Shown here in pieces: positions 36,801-45,200 of a stretch of 54,904 nucleotides of DNA. Numbering within the stretch: position 1 is the stretch's first letter; each line of letters starts with the position of its first letter. The stretch covers positions 1-54,904 of IMG/VR virus record IMGVR_UViG_3300033273_000309; one strand, written 5' to 3'. The stretch is from a virus (lineage: Duplodnaviria > Caudoviricetes). The notes below the pieces were generated by a model. That model did not search any database and was not told where the DNA came from. It worked only from the letters and a program-made list of their open reading frames with translations. A program made the position numbers and the translations under genes.

Positions 36801-39209
36801 CTGGTTGTTTCGGATACCGCAACTATATCCGGAGTCCTCGATGAATCTAGAGTTAGATCTTATAATGAATCTTCAATTCTTAATGATTCTCAACAACTAT
36901 TTGATTATGGTCTAATAACAGATCCAACTACGGCACTATCGGCCGATTATGGATTTGTTACTGAGATTCCAAATGAGAATACTGAGGAATTTGGAGTTGT
37001 TTCTGAAGTTCCAACAACATTGTATCCATTCGGATCAATAACAATTTCTGGAACTCCACTCCTATATCCAGATATTGATCTACAACCAGCATATACTGGT
37101 TCTGGAAGTATTACGATTTCTGGTTCCGCTTCTGAAAGTGAGACTGAAGACTTCGGTAGTGGTCGTCGTCGTGGTGGTAATATTAGATTCTGTGGTGATG
37201 CACTCTACACTGAAACTGATTCTTATGCTGGATTTACAACAAATCCAATTACACTTTCTGGAACTCTTCTTGAAAGTGAGACTGATTCTTATGTTGGACT
37301 TGGCACTATATTCATCTCTGGCAATGCTCTCGAAAGAGATGCAGAGTCTTATGTCGGTCTTGGAACAGCGACATTCTCTGGAACTGCAGTCGAAAGGTTC
37401 ACTGGAGATACTCCAGATGGAACTCAACTCTTCACAATTTACGGCGAACTCAATCATCCAGATATTGATCTCACTCCACATTATGGTATTGAGAAGAATA
37501 TTGGTGTCGGTACAACTGGTATTCAGATATCTGGTACTGCACTTGAATCTGAATCTGATGTTTATACTGGTCTTGGAACAGTCTTTACTGTTAATGGACT
37601 TAGCCCACAAGATACCGAAACTTATCCTGGCGGACCAGGTGTTGGAAGATCTTGGAGTTTCACAAGATCAACTTACATTGGAGACTCTGGTCCAATTACA
37701 ATTACAACTGGAGTCGCTCAAACTCATTATTATTCACCAATCTACCCAAGAAATGCTCTCATTGGTGATCCTGGTTCTGGAACTGGACTCATCAGAATCA
37801 ATGATGATAAAGGACTTGCATTCACCAGAGCGGTTCTACCAATCTTTGGTAAAGGTAGTATCTATGTTCTCGGTATTGGTACTACCGCAAATGGAGATCT
37901 TGAAGGTGTCGAAATTGGTGCATTTGAGAGCTTTACTCCTGCAACAGAGATTGGTGTTGGTCTCTTTGATATCTCTGGAATTGCAGATACTGCAGAAATC
38001 AATGTCTTTGGATTCTATGGAGATGATGCGGATCCAGGAACTTCTGGTCTCTTCACAATCTCTTCACAGACTGCACCAATTGTCGAGAAGTTTGTTTCTT
38101 CTTGGGTTGGTATTGGAACAGTATATGTCTCAGACAGAAGTGTCGAAAGAAATACCGAATCTTACTTTGGATCTGGAACAATATCTGCATTGTCTGGAGC
38201 AGCGGAAGCCTACTCTGCACAAACTCCAGAAGATACTGCTAATATTATAATTTCTGGAGACGCTAAAGAATCATTCACCAGACAACCATACACTGGTAGT
38301 GGATCAGCTACATTCTCTGGAGCTTCTGTTGTTCAATATACCCCAGCTCCTGATGGTTCGGGTACTATCAATGTTGATGGTGATGCAATTGAATCTACAA
38401 CTGCAGATTATGTAGGAAGTGGAGAAGTTGTAATTGGCAACAAACCAACAGTTGATACTGTACGTGATACTGTCGATTCTGATGAAATTACATCAGATGA
38501 ACAGGGTTCTGCACATGTATCGTTTGTTGCAAATCCACCAGAAGATACAATTCTGTTCAATATCTCTGGAAATGCAGATACTTCCGAGACTGCTCTCTAT
38601 ACAGAGATAGTAACTGGTCTCTTCACATTATTTGGAACTTTCCAAGATCTCAAACTTACCAACTCCGAGTCTGGAATTGGTACTATCTTCGTTACAGATT
38701 CGGCGGCCGCCCGCGAGCGCGATACTTACATTGGATCTGGATCTCTATTCGCAATATCCAGCTCCGACAGTCTCTACAGCGCACAGACTCCAGAAAATAC
38801 AGTCATTCTACAAATTTCTGGATCCGCGATCACTTCAGTCGAGTCAGACTTCTCCGCAGTTGGCGTTGGACTATTCACCTTCAACGGAAATGCAATTACC
38901 GCAGAGATTACTTCAATACCAGTTACTGGTTCGGGAATTATTACAATTTCTGGTCAACTCGTTCATCCAGATGTTGCTTTTATTCCATCACCAGATGGTT
39001 TTGGTACGATCAACGTCCTCGGTTCGTCTACAAGTTCCCTACAAAAAGTATGGAACACTACAGGAACATTGTTTGGATTTGGAAGTGGATTCGAATCTCT
39101 CAGCAAATCTACCTATATCGGCGTCGGAACAATTTATGTCGAAGAGATTGATGGATCTACTATCAATAATCCTTATCAAATTCCAAGAAGTTATGTATGT
39201 ATAATTTAA
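33888..39209 (+). CDS. Large acidic repetitive structural protein (1773 aa)
   Basis: GTG start with SD GGAGGT; repeated DYG/PFG/ISG units followed by Y.G.G...ISG.A.E repeats. Confidence 0.8.
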   Translation: MNTFHYNADCGQPDPEIWGGGAVGGPLLVVSGQDFLSNLSKKYIGETPTLRLSDETDSRLIKKYIGDYPTLRFSSFGIEFLVYNVPENVATISFQGEGVSKLITQEELSTANLLSSGFITERRSYDYSNPDSNVEFLTEDDGLITSSVTGTVDYGFITDPLEEHLDYGSTEILENTPAATGLIQVSGVSNNSAFVKEINTVLLEVSGTCIEEVSFDPPIDEAEYENDTSSTLLTFDNTSLTFDASEPKPNIKLTGSSIDLLISNTPEETVDIQNTGIAKESVGYDYSFPTVIPFVQDDDGSITDSVTFVADYGFITGEVSQGNDDLGLIINSSPVLPFGTIANITGSAFVKAPDDIRTYNASGEYRVSYSPDDTTGTLFGFGEKLESTVYDYNLNSENVFVTIDDGLITSPVTLIVDYGFVYETAITGSDDYLTIEVTSSDQPFGSLSVSGSADTQWINKNFSRSDTEGEYRVSYSPDDTTGTLFGFGERIESTTYDYNDSAALILESADSGLITEPVTSIVDYGFVTEIPTGQEDDGLITVAQTLVPFGGLSISGSAETDWTNKNFSGSGQYRVIHNPEASGSLFGFGEKLESRTFEYTDQAVLIVGDPDYGQISVGATTISDYGLVSETHSQTDDLGWVTGFPAVGDVYPFGSITISGDALVSNPGQIPEGTVVISISGIKDESVRYTPEINKKRYDLSFDSGTISLDSTTETFDDTTEQPNIKLTGSYDAPAVHSEVGSGSLFNLGIADESATYDYNNESAVILITTDSGLITDAVTNVVDYGLITDPVIGQDDGGLISDVQTVLPFGGLTVSGSADVEYRNVNIYAEGVVSRTFSPDDTTGTLFGFGEKLESVTHRYTEQSVLIVGDPDYGVIAVGHTRTDDYGVITEVHGQTDDLGWLVGFPAIDDVYPYGSISILGSAEESSISSEVLAGLFVISGSAILDYTPEFIGSGPINVSGSAHVTFSPDLVVSDTATISGVLDESRVRSYNESSILNDSQQLFDYGLITDPTTALSADYGFVTEIPNENTEEFGVVSEVPTTLYPFGSITISGTPLLYPDIDLQPAYTGSGSITISGSASESETEDFGSGRRRGGNIRFCGDALYTETDSYAGFTTNPITLSGTLLESETDSYVGLGTIFISGNALERDAESYVGLGTATFSGTAVERFTGDTPDGTQLFTIYGELNHPDIDLTPHYGIEKNIGVGTTGIQISGTALESESDVYTGLGTVFTVNGLSPQDTETYPGGPGVGRSWSFTRSTYIGDSGPITITTGVAQTHYYSPIYPRNALIGDPGSGTGLIRINDDKGLAFTRAVLPIFGKGSIYVLGIGTTANGDLEGVEIGAFESFTPATEIGVGLFDISGIADTAEINVFGFYGDDADPGTSGLFTISSQTAPIVEKFVSSWVGIGTVYVSDRSVERNTESYFGSGTISALSGAAEAYSAQTPEDTANIIISGDAKESFTRQPYTGSGSATFSGASVVQYTPAPDGSGTINVDGDAIESTTADYVGSGEVVIGNKPTVDTVRDTVDSDEITSDEQGSAHVSFVANPPEDTILFNISGNADTSETALYTEIVTGLFTLFGTFQDLKLTNSESGIGTIFVTDSAAARERDTYIGSGSLFAISSSDSLYSAQTPENTVILQISGSAITSVESDFSAVGVGLFTFNGNAITAEITSIPVTGSGIITISGQLVHPDVAFIPSPDGFGTINVLGSSTSSLQKVWNTTGTLFGFGSGFESLSKSTYIGVGTIYVEEIDGSTINNPYQIPRSYVCII
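34974..36455 (+). repeat. Intragenic DNA direct repeats
   Basis: GGTGAATATAGAGTAAGTTACAGTCCAGATGATACAACAGGAACTCTCTTCGGATT is identical at ~34974 and ~35292, with a partial third copy from ~36402. Confidence 0.85.
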
Positions 39210-39211
39210 AG

Positions 39212-39219
39212 TATAAATA
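39212..39219 (+). promoter_or_regulatory. T4 late promoter TATAAATA
   Basis: Exact consensus, intergenic, before the tail fibre gene. Confidence 0.75.
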
Positions 39220-39252
39220 AATGAAGAAGATAAACCGTCATTAAGTATTTCC

Positions 39253-42200
39253 ATGACTAAGCAGGTACAGATAAGAAGGGGTACTACCGCCCAACATGCA
39301 GTTTTTACGGGTGCCGAAGGTGAGTTAACGTTTAATACAGACACTCATTCAGTTGTCGCTCATAACGGAATTACAACAGGAGGTTATGAACTAGCAAGAG
39401 TAGACTTTGGAAATGTTCCAGATGCGAAATTCGGAGGTATATTTGAAGTTGTTGGTGTTAACACCCTAGCTGTAGGCAATTCGTTAACAGAGTGGGATGT
39501 AAAAGTTGGTCATGGAGATACAACCCTTATTGTTAATGGTTCCCAATTAGTTACTGGAATAATGACGGTCGGTGGACCGGTAACTATTGAGAAAGAATCA
39601 ACAATTATAGGTGGAGTTGATTTTGCTGGAATTAGAACAGAAACTACTGAGGCCGATCCTCTTGGCAATTGGCATGTATCCGTAGGTAAGGGAAATACTG
39701 CTTTCGTTGTAGATCAAGACGCATATATTGGTGGAATTGCGACGGTAACGGAAACTCGTGGTACTGAAGCCACATTTAATAAGTTAACTGTAACAAGTTT
39801 CGGTACAACTACATTTACTCTCGAAACAACTCTTACAGCTGATCTTGGAATCGGAACTAACTTTATCGGTCTTGCATACACTGATGGTGTACAAGTAGGT
39901 GACTATGTAAGTATCGGTACTGCTTTCAATGATGTACAGATTGTTGGATTTGGATCTCTCACAATTCCAGCACAGAATCTAACGTACTTACATACATCAA
40001 TTTCAACAACTATTAGTGCTGGTTCGACTATTATCGGACTTTCCACTCAAATTACTGAAGGTGGCACTGCTGTTTCTGTTGGAAACTCAATCAGTCTAAC
40101 TGGTTATGGCATCACTAATGTTTCTATTACTGGTGTTGGCTTAACAATCACTGGAGAAGAATATAACGAACAAATTTTAACAACCGAAGTTAAAGAAGCG
40201 GTAGGTTCTGGATCTACAATAGTTCCTCTTCTCGGAACTGGTGGAATTTCCATTGGTAACTCATTTACTTCTGGATCCGCAGTAAATCTTCCTATTGTTG
40301 GTCTCGGAACAACTTCAATTGCACCATATAATTCTGGAGTTACAACAAGCACTGCAGTAAGTCTAGAGTTAGGAATTGGTGCTACAGTCGTATATGTAGA
40401 TAGTACTGCTCTTATTGCAATCGGTAACTCTGCAACAATCACACAAGTTGGTACTCAGTATTTTGTAGATGTACCGATTACAGGTGTAGGAAATACATTC
40501 TTCACAATTCCAACTGGAAGTGAATCGATTGGCACTGTAGTAGTTCCTGCTGGATCCGTTGTTGCAATTAGTACCATCTTAACGGGTGCTGAAGCTGTAA
40601 TTCTTGGCACTAATGTAGGAACAGCCCTTACTACAGGAGCTCCTGTTTCGATCTCCACAGTAACTGCCGATACTTGGGATGCAGTTAGTATCGGAGCTGG
40701 AGATACTATTGGTGTAGGAATTACAATTGGAACTTTGGTAGCGATTTCGACCTATACAACAGTAGGTACAGCAGTTACTATTGGTATTGGTTCAACTTCA
40801 AGTTCTGCTGTTGCTGTAGGTGACACTGGAGTCACTATCAGAAGATACGCAGATGTTGGAACCACACTTAATATCGATGTTCTGAATACCAAGAGTTTAG
40901 ATATTGTTGGAATCATGACCTTAAATGGTCTAACATTCCCAACAGATGATGGTAAGAAAGGTCAAGTATTAACTACTGATGGTGAAGGAAACATCGGATT
41001 CTCAACAGGATCTGGAGCTGGTGGTTCTCAGGTTCTCGTTTATGTTTCTCAGGCAACTGGTGATGATCTAAACGATGGTAGAACTCTACCAGTTAAGACG
41101 ATTAAGAGAGGCGCTCAAATCGCTTCGTTCTTGGGTTATTTCTATAATACTGGTTCAACAATTCTTGTTGAATCTGGTGACTACATTGAAGAAAACCCAA
41201 TCATTCTCTATGACAACGTTAACATTATTGCAGACTCACTAAGAAACGTTGTTGTTAGACCTAAATTTGCAGCTGGAGACCTATTTAAGGTAAGAAACGG
41301 TTGTTATGTTACTGGATTAACACTAACCGATCTTCTCGATGAAGATTCGAGAGCTCCACAACATACATTTGGTTATTCCGTCTCGTTCGACGAACCATTC
41401 AATAACGCAATTGATAGAACTGGTTATGCTGCAACGGGAGTTTCTGGAATTACTTCGGTACTTTATGAGCATACCTCTGGTATTACAACAATCATAACCG
41501 ATAGAGACCACGAATTATATCCTGGAAATACGGTAAGACTTTCTGGTCTTGCATTTACTTGTGGTTATGATGAAGCTGGTATTACTACCTTTAAGTATGA
41601 TCATTTGAGTGGAGTTGCAACAATCACCTCATATACCAACAGAAATTACGCCGTTGGTAATAAAGTATACCTACACAATCTCCCATTCTCTTGTTCTGAG
41701 GAACATGCTGGAATTACTACAACCATTTTCCCAGATGGAACATCTCAATATGGATATGTTTTCGAGATTGTAGGCATTAATTCAGCTGAGAAGACATTCG
41801 CAATTAATGCTGGTATTTCTACAATTCCTCACGTTTATGAAGGTTGGGGTAGAAACTTTGTTACTGGTTGTGAGTATACAAATACAACTGGTATTTGCAC
41901 CGTAACTGTTAACACAGGAGTATCTACTGAACATGGATGGCATGAAAACGATATGATCTCATTGGAGGGGTTAAACTTCTCCTGTGTTGGATACACTGCA
42001 AATGCTCAGGTTAATATTAGTAATGTAGTATATAATGAAGTTGTTGGTCTTGTAACTGTCACTACATCAGCCGCTCACAACGCAAAAGTTGGTGGAGAGG
42101 TAAAACTTGGAGATATTGAATTTACATGTTCTGGATATACTCAAAATGCTCAAGTCAATATTACAGCAATTGACTACAATGAAGCAGCTGGTATCTGCAC

Positions 42201-45200
42201 AATCACCACTGATGCTGATCATGGTGGAACGATTGGTAAGGAAGTTACACTTGCTGGAATTGAATTCTCATGTTCATCAGAACACGCTGGTGTTACTTCA
42301 ACCACATTCCCATATGAAGGTTCAAGTCCAAATACGGTAGGTGGAAGATACGATAGATTTATCATTAGTGGTATCAATAGTGCAACACAATTTGAAATCA
42401 ATGCTGGTATCACCACTATTGCACATACATATGTCTCTGGTGGTACTGCACAGACAGGTATTACATCAACCACATTCCCTTATCCAGGTTCAAGTGCATT
42501 CGCAGTAGGTTCAAGTTACGATAGATTTGTAGTTACAAAGGTTAATAGCTCAACGGAATTTGAATTCCACGCTGGTATTTCTACCATTGCACATACATAT
42601 GCCTCTGGTGGTTATGCACAAGCTGGTATTACAACGACTGTCTTCCCAGACGGAACCGCTGGTAGAGGTGGCGGAAATGAAACCGGTCTATCCGCTGATG
42701 GATTTAGTTATAAGATAACTGGAGTTACCACAAATACCTTCACATTTAATGCTGGTATTTCTACCATTGCACAGACATATATCTCTGGTGGTACTGCTGG
42801 TATTATTCCTACGGTACAAAAAGTAAATACATACCCAGAAGAAAATTCTGACGGAAGAATTGACTTTGGTGTCTTTAAGGCAGAAAATACAAACGAACTA
42901 ACAATTAGAGCTGGTATCAGCACCGTCAAGCACTATTATACGCAGGGTGGAGACTTAGTACTCAGTAAACCACTGATTAACAAGTCACCATATATTCAGA
43001 ACTGTTCGATTCTTTCTTCTCTTGGTGGTAATGGTATTCTGGTTGACGGTGACAAGGTACTGTCTCCAAACATCCCACCAGTTCAAGGAATTGCAGAGAA
43101 CCCACCTGTAGGAGATACTCCTGAGTTTGGTAAGTCGATGGTTGCTGCAACCTTTACCATGATCTCCTTCGACGGTATTGGTTGGAGGGTCATCAACGAC
43201 GGTTACTCACAGGTTGTTTCTTGTTTCCAAATCTTCTGTCGTTACGGATCTCTTGCACAGTCTGGTGGATATCTATCTATTACCAACTCCGCAACCAACT
43301 TCGGTGATATCGCTCTAAGGGCAACAGGATTCTCACCAAAAGCATTCGCTTTTGATAAGGGTCGCGTTGCTGCAACTGGTACTTCTGGTGGATTGCAAAC
43401 ACTTAAGTGCGTTGGATTCGGTAGAAGTGATCAAGATCTCTACGTACTAAGATTCCTCAATGATGACTTTGAGGATAAGACAAGTACCTTCAAACCAATT
43501 GTTCAAGAAGCTACTGTTAACCCATCAGTTGGTATTAATACTGACACTGACCTCATTACGGTTACAGGTCACCCATTCCAAGAAGGCGATTCTGTCGTAT
43601 ATCTAGGAAACGAACAGGTTGAACCACCAGTTGTTATTAATGGACTGGTTAGTGGAAACATTTACTATGTACAATATATCGATTCCAATACCTTTAGACT
43701 CTACGAGGATGAGTCGCAGAGAAAACCAATTGATATTAAAGATCCTCTACCAGTTGGTATCAATACCTTCCAGAAGAATAACCAGGAATTCATTGTTGAT
43801 CAGATTATTTCTAATCACAATGTCTATCAAGAACTAACTTTCGTTGGCGCATCTACTGCATTCTTCCAATCTGGTTCTCTTGTAACACAGAACGTAAGTG
43901 GTGGTCAGGCAACAGGTTATGCATTAACATATCACGCTTCTCAACAGAAACTAGTTGTTTCGGTTGAAGAAGTTGGTGGTGCAAGATATATGTTTGATGA
44001 GGGAGCAGGTGTTGGTGGTCTCGGTGGTAATATCACTGACAACACTGGAAATGTTTCCTTCGCTGTAACCGCAATCGCCGGAGTTACAACTTACAGAACC
44101 ATTGAGTTTAAAGTTGATTCAACAGTACCTGGTAATGTTATTCAGGGTATTGGAAGTCTACCAGTTACATACAGATGTCATTTACACAGACCATCTATTG
44201 TTAACTCTTCCGCACACACCTGGGAATATTCAGGTTCAGGTACTGACTATAACGCATTACCTCAGAACGGCGGTAAAGGTGATGGAACAACCGAACAGGT
44301 TTCTGAACTCGGTGGTCGCGTTTACGCTTCTGGTACAAACGAACTTGGTGACTTTAAGATTGGTACACAAATTACCGCAGTTAACAGAACTGGTAACATC
44401 TTCTTTAACAACAAGGTTTCTATCGGAGAACTGGATTCTATCAAACTTTCCCTCTCTGGTGGTGTTTCTGTTGAAGAATTCTCAACTGATACCAATCTCG
44501 GTGAAGGAGAACTCGGTGGTCCACTCAATAAGAGAGTCTCCACTCAGTTAGCGGTAAGAAGCTTCCTCGCAAACAGACTTGGAACATTCATTGATAAGAC
44601 CGTATCTCAGAATGCAATTCCTAATGCGGTTGTTCAGTTGAACTCTTCTGGTCAGATTAACGCTGACTTGATTCCACCTAAGATTGTTAACTACACAAGA
44701 ACTCTAGTTGGAAATGGTAAAACCGTTCTTGCTAACCAAATTCCACCTATTAGAATTAATCAGGGCGACACAGTTGTTGAACCAGAGAACTCCTTCGTAC
44801 TTGTTAATGATACTGTAAGTCAGTATTTGATTCTGGATAGCAATACTACGGATTATAATTTCAATAACGGAGATGAGGTTGTTAGTGCTCTTGCATCCAG
44901 TGCAATTGGTATTGTAACAACTCCACCAAATGGCGTCGGTGTTGGTACTACCGTCAAACATTATACTGGTTACGGACAAACAGGTCTTGTTAAGGGTGTT
45001 CTCAACACAGTAACAATTCAGAACGCTGGTTCTGGATATTCAAATGCAGGAATTTACAGTGGAGTACCACTTGTAGCTTCTAGTGGTGTTGGTGTTGGTG
45101 CATCTGCAATCATTACTGTTTCCGCAAGTGGAACAGTCATTGATGTTGACGTTCTAACAGGTGGTAAAGCGTATGAAGGTGGTGATATACTTACAGCGTC

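Noticed and set aside
37075-38250. 391-aa ORF (and 38632..39204) in the +1 frame of the repeat protein gene
   Set aside because: The Leu-rich translation is the typical shadow of T-ending codons. Stops are absent because NTA codons are locally avoided. No SD or recognisable motifs.
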